A DNA stretch of 58,677 nt, taken from Candidatus Bathyarchaeia archaeon. Its GTDB lineage: Archaea > Thermoproteota > Bathyarchaeia > Bathyarchaeales > Bathyarchaeaceae. The stretch is taken from contig JBHIEV010000002.1 of assembly GCA_046760805.1 (NCBI GenBank), positions 1 to 58,677 of the forward strand, in the 5' to 3' direction. Below, one piece after another: positions 9,988-19,742 of the stretch. Position 1 is the stretch's first letter. Each line of letters opens with the position of its first letter. The notes beneath the pieces are model-generated. The model saw nothing but the letters and a program-made list of their open reading frames with translations. It searched no databases and had not been told where the DNA came from. The position numbers and the translations under genes were made by a program.

Positions 9988-11124
9988 TTACTTACCCGTT
10001 ATTTCTTTCAATCTTTCAAGTTTTTGTTCGTGGTCGTAGGTCCATTTGTTTTCTTTGAAAAACTCGTACGAGAAAGTTTGGCGTCTGAACGAAGTGATAT
10101 CTAGAGTTACGTAGAGAAAGCTTTTGGTTAGTCTCCTTTCGACTAAACGGTTCATTGAGTCGATGAATTTTGAGAACTCGGTCTTTGGGGTATATGTATG
10201 GACTATGAGAGAGTGCCGGCCGATGATTTTTCCATAAGTGAGGATGAAGGGTTTGTTCTGCAGACTGTTGACAAATTTAGCCAGCTTTTGTTCGCTTTCG
10301 AAGTCAATTATGAAACTGCACATGTCAGATGTGGGGAGGGGATATGGAAGTGCTGCAAGGTCATAATCGGTGATGAGCCCACGATCAACAATGTGCTTAT
10401 GGTATCGATATCTAACCGCCTGCGGTGTTATATTGGCCACTTTTGCCAGTCTGGTAAACTTTTTGGTCCCATCTTTCTCCAATTCCTTCAAAATTAGCAT
10501 GTCGATTTCATCGACTTGAATGGAATAGGTTCTTGATTCTATTAGTTCTCGAGGAAGCTTTTCAGAAGCGTTTTGAATCTCATCAATCCAACGTTTCCAT
10601 TGGAAGCCCCATGATCGATCTCGAAAGTCAAACCAGTCGAAGTTAGGTGCAACTTGGGCAAAATTTGTGGTGCGATGAAAGATGTAACTCGAGAATGCTT
10701 TCAGTTGCATGGCTTCATCTAGATATTCTTCTAACTCTTTCACATACTCGGCTGGAAAGGCGAAGGTAGTGTAGTATCCGTCGTACTTTCCGTAACATCG
10801 CACCATGTAGGTCCAATAGTCAAGATTCTCAACGACTCGCTGCAGCTTCTTTTCCTGTCCACGTTTGGACTCTGCCACGAGAACTGCCTTCATTAATCCG
10901 AGCTTAGAATAATCTAGGTTGGTCCCGATTTTGGGGAGAAGACCTTCTTTCATCAACTTTTTTATACGGAAGGTTACGGTTGTGGAGGGCAACCCTAACA
11001 ATTTGGCTAGTGCCAACACGTTCCTTGGACCGTGCTTTCCAAGTCCTTCCAGTATCTTTGCATTAGTAGAGTCTAACATCTTTAGATGCTGCAGCATCCA
11101 GTTGTAGTCTTCCAGCTTGCTCAT
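9988..11124 (-). CDS. Transcriptional regulator with two Lrp/AsnC-type winged-helix HTH modules in tandem
   Basis: The two HTH segments are LDSTNAKILEGLGKHGPRNVLALAKLLGLPSTTVTFRIKKLMKEGLL and DEIDMLILKELEKDGTKKFTRLAKVANITPQAVRYRYHKHIVDRGLI. Each is followed by an alpha/beta domain of about 100 aa. Confidence 0.6.
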   Translation of the reverse strand: MSKLEDYNWMLQHLKMLDSTNAKILEGLGKHGPRNVLALAKLLGLPSTTVTFRIKKLMKEGLLPKIGTNLDYSKLGLMKAVLVAESKRGQEKKLQRVVENLDYWTYMVRCYGKYDGYYTTFAFPAEYVKELEEYLDEAMQLKAFSSYIFHRTTNFAQVAPNFDWFDFRDRSWGFQWKRWIDEIQNASEKLPRELIESRTYSIQVDEIDMLILKELEKDGTKKFTRLAKVANITPQAVRYRYHKHIVDRGLITDYDLAALPYPLPTSDMCSFIIDFESEQKLAKFVNSLQNKPFILTYGKIIGRHSLIVHTYTPKTEFSKFIDSMNRLVERRLTKSFLYVTLDITSFRRQTFSYEFFKENKWTYDHEQKLERLKEITGK

Positions 11125-11180
11125 CGGATCGCCCCATTATGGAAATTTTCCAGTCTACTAGGTCCTACCCGAAGTGAACA

Positions 11181-11405
11181 TTATTGCTTGTGGGGTATCG
11201 GGTTGTCAACGGGGTCTCCCGTTGGAATTGGTGCTGGATAGGATAGTTTTCCTTGCTGAAGGAGATCTTCAGTTAAAGCGACAGGTTTAGGAGAAACGTT
11301 TTTTATGTGTGTTTCTTGGGCAAACAAGGTGAGATTGCTGCATGCATAGACGATCGGTAGAGCCGCCACACAAATTAATATGAGACAGGCGATTTTTTTG
11401 TTCAT
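11181..11405 (-). CDS. Small secreted or lipoprotein-like hypothetical protein
   Basis: It has an N-terminal signal-like segment (MNKKIACLILICVAALPIVYAC) and a Pro-rich tail. I recognise no family. Confidence 0.35.
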   Translation of the reverse strand: MNKKIACLILICVAALPIVYACSNLTLFAQETHIKNVSPKPVALTEDLLQQGKLSYPAPIPTGDPVDNPIPHKQ

Positions 11406-11619
11406 TTTTCCTAGACCTACTCTACAATTATATGGGCAGCCTGTCTATTTTACTTTTCGCAATATTTCATAAATATTCTGCATAAAACATAATCGCATAA
11501 ATTGATGAAACTTATCTCTGATACTTAGCAGTGTTACGAAGAAATTAAATAAAGGAAGAGGATATCTTGCTTGCTTTACATAGTGACAAGATAGCCATAA
11601 CTGTCACGGTGGTTATGCA

Positions 11620-13212
11620 TTGACCGATGTCTGCTTAATCTTTGAGGCCCATCAGCCCTTCAGATTGAACCGCGATTTTCATCAAGACTTGCTCGCCAGT
11701 CACTCTGTAACGAAGAAAGCCCTTTTCGACCTCTATTTTGACAATAGGTTGAATCGCTACATCTTTGATAGAGCTGCCAAGAAGTGCTACTTCCCCTCAA
11801 ACAGCGTTATTCTGGAACAGATTGACAGGTACAAGAGAGATTCAAAGAAGTTCAAGGTTGCTTACGGTATCTCTGGAGTTTTCTTGGAGCAGTGTAAGCT
11901 ATGGAATCCAGACCTCCTGGATTCTTTCAAGGAGCTTGCCAAGTCAGGATGCGTCGAGTTTCTTGACCAACCGTACTATCACTCGCTTGCCAGCCTCTAT
12001 GGGAGAGATAGGTCAGAGTTTGTCGAACAGATCATAATGCATCGTAGGCTTATGAAAGAGTTGTTCAATTATGAGCCGATGGTTGTCGAGAACACGGAGT
12101 GTTTGTACAACAATGCGATTGCTAAGACTGTTGAGGGGCTTGGCTACGAGGCTACTGTAACGGAAGGGGTTGAGAGGATTCTCGGCTGGAGAAGCCCAAA
12201 TTACGTTTATAAGGCTAAAGATTCCGGCCTACGAGTTTTGCTTCGCAACTACCGTCTCTCAGACGACATTGGCTTTCGTTTCTCCTCGACTTGGTGGGAG
12301 GAGTGGCCTTTAAGTGCTGAAAAGTATGCAAGTTGGCTGGCAGCAACCCACGGACAAACGATTGTGCTATTTGTGGATTATGAAACATTCGGTGAGCACC
12401 ACTGGCCTGAGAGTGGGATCCATGAGTTCTTGAGGTGGCTGCCAGGAGAGGTGATTAAGTGGGACCACTTGAATTGGTGCACTCCTTCTCTGGTTATCCA
12501 TCAACATGATCCGGTTGGAGAAATCGATGTTGATGAGTTTAGCACGGTTTCTTGGGCTGATCTTGAGCGTGACCACAGTGCGTGGATTGACAACTCCATG
12601 CAGACCATCTGCTATGAGTCACTGAAAGAGCTGGAACAACCAGTCAAAGCAGTTGGTGATGAGGACCTACTAAGGTTGTGGCGGTATCTGCAGATGAGCG
12701 ATCATCTCTACTATATGAGCATAAAGGGAGGCGGTCCAGGAGACGTTCACTGCTACTTCAACCCATGCAGCAGTCCAGTAGAGGCCTTCGCCATCTACTC
12801 CAAGATCATCTCCGATCTTGAGGCGAGAATTCTGCGAGAACTGGAAAAGCCAGAGCATACAGCGAAGAGGCTGCTGCGCAGGCTTCCATTTGGAAAGGGC
12901 TTCACATTCTTCCATGACTTCGCAAGACCCACAGGGTTGACCGTTCAGAGCTTGGATGAGTTCCGTTCCGCTCTGAAAACTGTGAATGCAAAGTCTATTA
13001 GATTTCATGTAGAGCGAGGGGACTTCGAGACGTGGCTGCGGCAGGTTGTCGGCGACAATAAGCTAGCAGACAAGATAGCAAGTATGTCCACGACGAAGCT
13101 GGGTGGAGAGAAATTGCGGAAGAGAGTCTTAGATGCGGTTGAAAAAAGAATCGAAGAACTGCAAGAGGTCGCCAAGCCTTCATCAGCACGCAATAAGAAG
13201 AGCGCCTTGTGA
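11620..13212 (+). CDS. Glycoside hydrolase family 57 alpha-amylase-like enzyme with a C-terminal helical extension
   Basis: It has the GH57 N-terminal FEAHQPFRL block and the YETFGEHHWPE catalytic-region block. TTG start preceded by GGTGGT. Confidence 0.85.
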   Translation: MTDVCLIFEAHQPFRLNRDFHQDLLASHSVTKKALFDLYFDNRLNRYIFDRAAKKCYFPSNSVILEQIDRYKRDSKKFKVAYGISGVFLEQCKLWNPDLLDSFKELAKSGCVEFLDQPYYHSLASLYGRDRSEFVEQIIMHRRLMKELFNYEPMVVENTECLYNNAIAKTVEGLGYEATVTEGVERILGWRSPNYVYKAKDSGLRVLLRNYRLSDDIGFRFSSTWWEEWPLSAEKYASWLAATHGQTIVLFVDYETFGEHHWPESGIHEFLRWLPGEVIKWDHLNWCTPSLVIHQHDPVGEIDVDEFSTVSWADLERDHSAWIDNSMQTICYESLKELEQPVKAVGDEDLLRLWRYLQMSDHLYYMSIKGGGPGDVHCYFNPCSSPVEAFAIYSKIISDLEARILRELEKPEHTAKRLLRRLPFGKGFTFFHDFARPTGLTVQSLDEFRSALKTVNAKSIRFHVERGDFETWLRQVVGDNKLADKIASMSTTKLGGEKLRKRVLDAVEKRIEELQEVAKPSSARNKKSAL

Positions 13213-13235
13213 AGCTTGAACACACAGTGAGATCG

Positions 13236-13832
13236 TTATTTCAGGGCTTCCAATACCAACCTGATCCCTAAAAGGACAATCCATATCAAGACTGCAAGTG
13301 AACTGATGGTCTCTGGAATCGCCACGCCTTCCCACGGGAAAACCCATACAACACCCGCGACAAACCCCATCAAGGTTATCAAAGCTCCAATCTTTCCAGA
13401 GTGCTTTCGTATCATGGAGACTCCAACGAGAAACGAAGACAGGGAGATCAATGCGAAAAAGGCTACTGAGAAATATAGGTGCAAGTTTCCATAGTCCCCT
13501 GTAAATATGCCTATCGCACATAGACTTATTGCGGCCAGAGCGAGGATTAATGCGCCCATGTTGCCAAAGAGATGTTTCGATAACACCTTTTGAAGACCCA
13601 CTGCGAAAACTAGGATGAGAATTCCGCTTGTTATGAGACACAGATTGAAAAGTGTGGCGGAGGTTTTGTGAACTCCAAGATCGCTCAAGGTGTTCTTGGT
13701 CCAACTGAACCATGGAGAAAGTGTGATTGCTAAAAGTGTGCACGTAATGGCTATTATTGGACCTACGATGCCGCATATTCCAGCTATCCTAAGCCATGTT
13801 AGTCTGTTGCTTTGCGTGATTTCGCTGACCAT
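13236..13832 (-). CDS. DUF998-family integral membrane protein
   Basis: It is a six-TM hydrophobic protein with the DUF998-like N-terminal pattern (IAGICGIVGPIIAI...NTLSDLG...LFNLCLITSGILILVFA). Confidence 0.55.
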   Translation of the reverse strand: MVSEITQSNRLTWLRIAGICGIVGPIIAITCTLLAITLSPWFSWTKNTLSDLGVHKTSATLFNLCLITSGILILVFAVGLQKVLSKHLFGNMGALILALAAISLCAIGIFTGDYGNLHLYFSVAFFALISLSSFLVGVSMIRKHSGKIGALITLMGFVAGVVWVFPWEGVAIPETISSLAVLIWIVLLGIRLVLEALK

Positions 13833-13969
13833 TCTCCCATCACGTTCCCCATTCTACCCTCTTTTCTCCTGTCTTCCCTGCTCAGTACGTAATATTATTG
13901 GAAGTTTTTAAGATACTGACTTGAATTATAAGATATAGGCCTAGAAAGATATTTTCACATGGGATTTCC

Positions 13970-14758
13970 TTGATCGTTAAAGAAGTCTACGCAAAAACTA
14001 TCCTTTCCAAATCCCGAGTCTTAGATTATACGATTAATCCTTACATTGGTTGCGAACATGGTTGCACTTATTGTTATGCACGATTTATGAAAAGGTATAC
14101 TGATCACAAGGAAGAGTGGGGCAGATTTGTTGATGTGAAGATAAATGCACCAACTCTGCTGCAACATGAAATAGAGAGGAAACGAGTTGGCAGAGTTTGG
14201 ATAAGTGGGGTGTGCGATCCTTATCAACCGCTTGAGAAGGAATATGAAGTCACGAGGAGATGCCTCGAAATTCTGTCAAGGCGAAATTGGCCCGTTGTAA
14301 TCCAGACGAAATCCCCTCTTGTCTTACGTGATATGGACATACTAAGAGAAATTGAAGACATTGAGATCGGGCTTACAATTACCACAGCTGACGAGAATAT
14401 TAGAAAACTCTTTGAACCTCATTCTCCATCCATTAAAGAAAGGGTTGAGACATTAGATAGACTTCATTCTGCTGGTTTCAAAACCTTCGCGATGATAGCT
14501 CCAATGCTTCCAAAAGCTGAATGTTTAGTGCCACTACTTAGCGGAAGAGTGGATGATGTCTTGATTGACAGAATGAACTATCATTATGCTGATTGGGTGT
14601 ATAGGAAGTATGGGTTAGAATATGCTATGACCGGTAAATTCTTCGCACAGAAGAAACTGGAGCTTGCTAGGATGCTTGAAGAGAAGAGGATGCCTTATCA
14701 ATTCTGTTTTGACCGGTGCGGCCATCAGAGCTTTTCGAAGTGGAAAACATTTTGCTAA
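13970..14758 (+). CDS. Radical SAM protein (COG1533 / SplB-like group)
   Basis: The CxxxCxxC cluster motif is in INPYIGCEHGCTYCYARFM. The size and layout resemble SplB-like radical SAM proteins. TTG start. Confidence 0.7.
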   Translation: MIVKEVYAKTILSKSRVLDYTINPYIGCEHGCTYCYARFMKRYTDHKEEWGRFVDVKINAPTLLQHEIERKRVGRVWISGVCDPYQPLEKEYEVTRRCLEILSRRNWPVVIQTKSPLVLRDMDILREIEDIEIGLTITTADENIRKLFEPHSPSIKERVETLDRLHSAGFKTFAMIAPMLPKAECLVPLLSGRVDDVLIDRMNYHYADWVYRKYGLEYAMTGKFFAQKKLELARMLEEKRMPYQFCFDRCGHQSFSKWKTFC

Positions 14759-14801
14759 GCATTCTTGCACAGTACTTTCCGAAATGTTTAAGTAGGAAGA
14801 T

Positions 14802-14825
14802 TACAACTTACAAAATACAAGTTAC
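14802..14825. promoter_or_regulatory. 10-nt direct repeat TACAA(C/G)TTAC x2 just upstream of the RHH gene, a candidate operator
   Basis: TACAACTTAC (14802-14811) and TACAAGTTAC (14816-14825) are separated by one helical turn plus 4 nt. They end 23 nt before ATG 14849. Confidence 0.25.
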
Positions 14826-14848
14826 GCCATCAGTCTGGGTGAAGAAAA

Positions 14849-15211
14849 ATGGAAGAAGGCAAAACCGAAGACAAGGCAAAAAAGAAAGAGAAAATCGTAA
14901 TGGCGATGTGTTGTCCAGAAGGTGAGGGTGCAGAAGAGATCAAGGAGAGGGTTCTGTTGAAGCTAGGCGAAGGGCTGGAGGGCAGGAGCAACGTAGTAAT
15001 GACTCGACTGAATGATGAAGACCTTAAGCAGATTGACGCCCTCGTCGAGGTAGAAGTCTTCAAAAGCAGGTCTGAGGCCGTCGCGTTTTTCATCAAAGAG
15101 GGCATCCACGCCCGAAAAGACCTCTTTCAGAATGTCATGCCAACAGTTGACAAGATTCGAGAGCTGAAGGAGCAAGCCAAACGGTCACTAGGCAAGAAAG
15201 AGACTCGATGA
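14849..15211 (+). CDS. Ribbon-helix-helix (CopG/Arc/MetJ-like) DNA-binding protein with an N-terminal tail containing vicinal cysteines
   Basis: The RHH core is NVVMTRLNDEDLKQIDALVEVEVFKSRSEAVAFFIKEGI. The N-terminal tail is charged (...KIVMAMCCPEGEG...). Confidence 0.55.
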   Translation: MEEGKTEDKAKKKEKIVMAMCCPEGEGAEEIKERVLLKLGEGLEGRSNVVMTRLNDEDLKQIDALVEVEVFKSRSEAVAFFIKEGIHARKDLFQNVMPTVDKIRELKEQAKRSLGKKETR

Positions 15212-15232
15212 ACATCAGAGGGACGCCCTAGT

Positions 15233-16099
15233 TTGGAAGAAGAGAACATAAGGAAAGAGGTTAGAGAAGGATACGCCAAAATAGCCAGAGAGGGACTTTG
15301 CTGCGGCGCCGAAACTTCGTGCTCTGATAGTTCTAAGAGATATGAGAAACTGAGTAAGGAGATGGGTTACACCGAAAAGGAGCTACAATCTGTTCCTGAA
15401 GGAGCCAATCTTAGTCTTGGATGTGGGAATCCTGTTGCACTTGCGTCTCTGAAAGAAGGTGAAACCGTTCTTGATCTTGGTTCAGGCGCTGGAATTGACT
15501 GCTTCCTCGCGGCAGAGAAGGTTGGAGATAAAGGAAAAGTTATTGGCGTAGACATGACGCCTGAAATGATTGACAAGGCGAGGGAAAATGCTGAAAAAGG
15601 CAACTGCAGAAACGTGGAGTTTAGACTTGGAGAGATTGAGAATCTACCAGTTGGAGACAACACAGTTGACGCCGTCATTTCAAACTGCGTCATAAACCTT
15701 TCACAAAACAAGAAAAGAGTCTTTGAGGAGGCTTTCAGAGTGATAAGACCTGGCGGTAGGTTAATGGTTTCAGACATGGTCTTGTTGAAGGAACTTCCAG
15801 AATCCATAAAGAAGAGAGCACATCCAGCCAGTTGCGTCCGTTATGCAATCATGAAAGACAAATACATAGAAGCAATAAAGCAAGCAGGCTTTCAAGACGT
15901 CAGAATAATTGAGGAAAAACGGTATTCCTTTGAAGACATTACTAGTGATCCAGACGCACGAGTTATCGTTGCCAACCCGAACAAAAATACCCAAGAATTA
16001 AAAAGTTTATCCGAACTCGAAAAGGAAGCAAAAGAGATAGTGAAAGAAACCCTGGATTCAACCGCGAGCATCAATGTTTCAGCGATAAAACCTTTATAG
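15233..16099 (+). CDS. arsM: Arsenite S-adenosylmethionine methyltransferase
   Basis: The ArsM N-terminal block is VREGYAKIAREGLCCG. It has the SAM-binding VLDLGSGAGIDCF motif and conserved cysteines in LGCGNP and SNCVINL. TTG start. Confidence 0.85.
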   Translation: MEEENIRKEVREGYAKIAREGLCCGAETSCSDSSKRYEKLSKEMGYTEKELQSVPEGANLSLGCGNPVALASLKEGETVLDLGSGAGIDCFLAAEKVGDKGKVIGVDMTPEMIDKARENAEKGNCRNVEFRLGEIENLPVGDNTVDAVISNCVINLSQNKKRVFEEAFRVIRPGGRLMVSDMVLLKELPESIKKRAHPASCVRYAIMKDKYIEAIKQAGFQDVRIIEEKRYSFEDITSDPDARVIVANPNKNTQELKSLSELEKEAKEIVKETLDSTASINVSAIKPL

Positions 16100-16185
16100 A
16101 TGACAGACGAAGTGCTCCTCAACCTTTTTCGTTCCTATTCAAATGCACGCCTACATTCTGAACTAAGGGTTTAACCCTTATATGG

Positions 16186-17493
16186 GTGAGTGTTATCGCA
16201 TTGGGAAAGAGAGAGTGGAGCATGGGGTTTACGAGCGCCATTGGCAGGTTTAGAGATTTTCTGTGGCGGGAGTTCTCCTTTATTACTGGTAACTATCGGA
16301 TTCTAGTGTTCAGTTGGATGATAATGGATCTCGCCTTCGAGATGCCTGCATCTAACTTTCAGTATTACGTTGAGGCTTTAGGTGGACCGCCTGTGGCGTT
16401 GGGACTGATAGGTCTTGGGAATTTCTTGGCTATGGCAGTTGTGGCATTCCCCGGCGGTTATCTCGCAGATAAGTATGGGAGGCGTTGGCTGATTTCGACA
16501 ATGACTTTTGCGATGGCTTTATCATTTCTATTTTTTGCGCTGGCCCCTACGTGGCACTTTGTATTGTTAGGATCAATCGTCAGTAGTCTTTGCCTTATTT
16601 ATCAGCCAGCTTTGTTTGCGATGGTTCAGGATTCGTTGCCTGCAGATCGTAGGGGAATGGGATCCTCAATCATTCAGCTCATTCACGGCACGTTCAACAC
16701 TCCAGGTCCCGTGATTGCCATTTTCATTTTCGCTTGGTTTGGGAAGGTTATGGGTCAGAGACTCATCTACTTCTTGATGACTGGGCTCTTCCTAGCGGCG
16801 GCTGTGTTACGGCTTAAGTTGAGGGAGACGATGAGTGATGATGATCCGATTCATTTCAGCTATTTCGTTTCTTCATATCCTAGGGCTGTCAGAGAAAGCT
16901 TTAGGGTTTGGAAAGTTGTGCCTAGGACGGTGTTGTGGCTGTTCTCGGTGAGGACACTTGTGATGTTCGGTGTGTCTCTTACTAGTGTCATTAATGCACT
17001 TTATGCTAGGGATGTTTTGGGGATACCGGAGGGGCAGTGGTATTTCGCGTATATTCCTCTCTTGGTGACTATGGTGGTGGCTTCTCTTCCCATTGGCAAG
17101 ATGGTTGATAAGGTTGGACGAAAGATTCCGATGATTCTTGGTTTGGGTGCATTCGGTGTGGGCACGATAGTTTTTGCCTTTGGCAACTTCTCAATGGTCC
17201 TGGTTTCCATGTCCTTATTTGGTCTTGCTCAGATGATGGTGATGTCAGGGGCGATGGCGCTTTCAACAGACCTTATAGAACCTGAGAACAGGGGTAAAGT
17301 GGTTGGATTCAACAATTTTGTTGGATATATCGTCATGGGCTTGGGCATGTTGATGGGTGGCTTTCTCTATGGAAATGTTATGCCGCAGTCTCCCTTCTTC
17401 CTAAACCTTGGAGTCATTTTTGTGGCTTTGCTTATGGTTCTACTTTTGATACATGAACCTAAGAAGCGAGTAGGCGCATTGGGGTCTGTATAG
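16186..17493 (+). CDS. Major facilitator superfamily transporter
   Basis: It has about 12 predicted TM helices and an MFS loop 2-3 motif (GGYLADKYGRRW). The start is uncertain (GTG 16186 or ATG 16222). Confidence 0.8.
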   Translation: MSVIALGKREWSMGFTSAIGRFRDFLWREFSFITGNYRILVFSWMIMDLAFEMPASNFQYYVEALGGPPVALGLIGLGNFLAMAVVAFPGGYLADKYGRRWLISTMTFAMALSFLFFALAPTWHFVLLGSIVSSLCLIYQPALFAMVQDSLPADRRGMGSSIIQLIHGTFNTPGPVIAIFIFAWFGKVMGQRLIYFLMTGLFLAAAVLRLKLRETMSDDDPIHFSYFVSSYPRAVRESFRVWKVVPRTVLWLFSVRTLVMFGVSLTSVINALYARDVLGIPEGQWYFAYIPLLVTMVVASLPIGKMVDKVGRKIPMILGLGAFGVGTIVFAFGNFSMVLVSMSLFGLAQMMVMSGAMALSTDLIEPENRGKVVGFNNFVGYIVMGLGMLMGGFLYGNVMPQSPFFLNLGVIFVALLMVLLLIHEPKKRVGALGSV

Positions 17494-17717
17494 AAGCAAC
17501 CCGTCATTTTACGTTAAGTCTCCTTTCTCTCTCAGCGACTTTGGACTCTACTTGGGCATCCTTAGATTCCTTGGGAAGAGGGGGCAGATTAGACTTGTGG
17601 AAGATTCTTCTATAACAATCAGGGAAAAAACTACGTATTATTGATGGCACAAAGTTATTGTAGAGTCTGGAACAACTCTCTGTAGTCTGTCCTAAACATG
17701 TTTCTGGTGGCTGAGTC

Positions 17718-17924
17718 TTGAAGATCGTTTACTGTCCTGGGTGTAGAGAGCCCTTGATTCAGGAAAGATGCAAAGTCAGCAAGCATTTCTGTCAGAATGA
17801 AAGTTGCCCCGTGATATTTGTGCGATATCCCTATGATCAGGCTAAGAGGAGGGTAGTTTGTGCATTGTTGGCAACTGAGAGAACAATCGAAAAGGCTCAA
17901 AACGGACGATTAGGTCACATTTGA
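17718..17924 (+). CDS. Possible small zinc-ribbon protein
   Basis: The TTG start is preceded by GGTGG. The cysteine pattern is CPGC-x15-CQNESC. An equally long antisense ORF (17655..17900) makes coding status uncertain. Confidence 0.25.
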   Translation: MKIVYCPGCREPLIQERCKVSKHFCQNESCPVIFVRYPYDQAKRRVVCALLATERTIEKAQNGRLGHI

Positions 17925-18059
17925 GGGTGCGCTCGTATTTGGCTCTGCAGCTATTTGTTTGTTGCGCTTAGCATATCGGCGTAACATAAATAACATAAAG
18001 CTGGAATTGTATAGCAAGCGTATGCGAATTGTTGTGACCCGTGCATCCGGTGTTTCTAA

Positions 18060-19223
18060 ATGAATGTCTGCATAGCGACCTGGGAGTTTCCACCGAGAAT
18101 TGTAGGAGGAATAGCCCGCCACTGCAACGGATTGGCTAAAGCCTTGGTTCACAACGGTCACGAAGTACATGTCGTCACCTTGGACTTCCCTGGCACACCA
18201 AACTACGAAGAAGTCGAGGGAGTTAAGATATATCGTACCGCGACGGAGCTGGGACACCCAAACTTCCTCACGTGGGCGCTTCTGTTTAATCATTTTATAG
18301 AGAAGAAGATGGCTGATGTGAGCAGAGAGGTAAATTTTGACGTAGTTCATGTTCACGATTGGCTTACCGGTTTTGCGGGCATATCCTTCAAACATCAGAT
18401 GAAAAAGCCTTTGGTCGTCACCATTCATGGCACAGAGATTGGCAGGGCACAAGGCTTGCACAATCCCGACTCCTTCACCATAGACGGGATAGAGTGGTGG
18501 ACAACGTACGAGGCAAACAAGATAATAGTGACTAGCGGCTCCATGAAAGGAGAAATTCAAGGTCACTTCCGTCTGCCACCAGAAAAGATCGAGATAATCT
18601 CAAACGGAATTGATCCAAAGAATTACAACGCCTCCGTTGATCGGTCTGCGGTTAGAGGACGGTATAGGGTCAGTCCCCACGAGAAGCTTATTCTCTGCGT
18701 CGGTCGACTGGTTCCCCAGAAGGGAATAGAATACCTGATTTGGGCTGTCCCCCGAATAGCTGGACGTTTCCACGAGGCGAAGTTCATAATAGTAGGTGAG
18801 GGATGGCTGAGAGGTCATCTAGAGCACATCGCCCGAACGACTGGACAGCAATGGAGGATCAGATTCACTGGATGGATTCCAGATCAGGAATTGATAGCCC
18901 TGCTGAACAGTGCAGATGTTCTAGTTGTTCCGTCGATCTATGAGCCCTTCGGTATAGTGGCTCTAGAAGGGATGGCTGCTGGCGTTCCTGTGGTCGCGAG
19001 TGATGTGGGGGGTTTGGCAGAGATAGTAGAACACGAACGCACGGGAATCTTGGCTTACTCGAGAAATCCAGAGTCTATTGCATGGGCGGTTGGCAGAGTC
19101 TTGTCCGACCCAGATCATTCAAAATGGTTGGTCCAGAATGCAAGAGAGACCGTGCAAAAGGCTTATAGTTGGGAAGCTATTGCTATGAGAACTGCTGAGG
19201 TTTACAAGGAGGTTGTGGGGTAG
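18060..19223 (+). CDS. GT-B fold glycosyltransferase (GT4/GT5-like, glycogen-synthase-like)
   Basis: The N-terminus EFPPRIVGGIARHCNGLAKALVHNGHEVHVVT and the E-x7-E region PSIYEPFGIVALEGMAAGVPVV are present. It is a paralog of 22429..23691. Confidence 0.8.
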   Translation: MNVCIATWEFPPRIVGGIARHCNGLAKALVHNGHEVHVVTLDFPGTPNYEEVEGVKIYRTATELGHPNFLTWALLFNHFIEKKMADVSREVNFDVVHVHDWLTGFAGISFKHQMKKPLVVTIHGTEIGRAQGLHNPDSFTIDGIEWWTTYEANKIIVTSGSMKGEIQGHFRLPPEKIEIISNGIDPKNYNASVDRSAVRGRYRVSPHEKLILCVGRLVPQKGIEYLIWAVPRIAGRFHEAKFIIVGEGWLRGHLEHIARTTGQQWRIRFTGWIPDQELIALLNSADVLVVPSIYEPFGIVALEGMAAGVPVVASDVGGLAEIVEHERTGILAYSRNPESIAWAVGRVLSDPDHSKWLVQNARETVQKAYSWEAIAMRTAEVYKEVVG

Positions 19224-19227
19224 AGGT

Positions 19228-19506
19228 ATGTCTGCCAACTCGCCAGACGAATTTCCAGTCTCCTTCGAGAGGAGTGAGGAGTTCCGCCTACTCCGTATGC
19301 TACACAATATCGGCGCAACCAAACCTGAGAAATCTCTCTCCATCGAAGAAATCTCGGAATGGACGGGGACTGAGACTACAAGGATAGAACCTGAGCTTCA
19401 AAAACTTGCTGAGCAAGGCTTTGTGGAGTTGGTGGGAGTTGAGGGAACCAACAAGTATCATGTCACGCTCAGCGGGATGAGGAAAGTGCTTAGTATGTAC
19501 TCTTAA
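19228..19506 (+). CDS. Small winged-helix DNA-binding protein
   Basis: ATG 19228 follows GAGGT and sits just after the GT stop. The wHTH-like segment is LSIEEISEWTGTETTRIEPELQKLAEQGFVELVG. Confidence 0.45.
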   Translation: MSANSPDEFPVSFERSEEFRLLRMLHNIGATKPEKSLSIEEISEWTGTETTRIEPELQKLAEQGFVELVGVEGTNKYHVTLSGMRKVLSMYS

Positions 19507-19608
19507 AGTAAATCAAGCGTCGTGAGCACTTGCGAATTTTGCAATTTCAACATTCTTTCTACATTATCATACTGTGAAGTATTGAATAGTTAGTCGACCA
19601 AAAGTTTG

Positions 19609-19626
19609 TCTGTGCGTGCGCACAGA
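19609..19626. promoter_or_regulatory. Palindrome TCTGTGCG-TG-CGCACAGA upstream of the IPCT/DIPPS-like gene
   Basis: The arms are perfect 8-bp inverted repeats with a 2-nt spacer. It lies about 115 nt upstream of ATG 19743 in an AT-rich promoter region. Confidence 0.3.
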
Positions 19627-19742
19627 ATTTAACATAAATCTCCGCTTCAAGTGTCATAAATTTTAGATTTCTCAGGGTTTCTTCACAAAAAAATAACATT
19701 TAAAAGTAATTCTTCATATTATAAGCGTCGTTGTGTTTTGAG

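Noticed and set aside
13183-13776. A 197-aa minus-strand ORF overlapping the DUF998 gene in another frame
   Set aside because: The 13236..13832 frame gives a coherent six-TM DUF998-like protein. This alternative frame is Arg/Ser-rich with no membrane or domain features.
17910-18566. A 218-aa ORF on the minus strand
   Set aside because: It lies mostly antisense to the well-supported GT-B glycosyltransferase gene (18060..19223). It has no recognisable motifs and looks like a shadow ORF.
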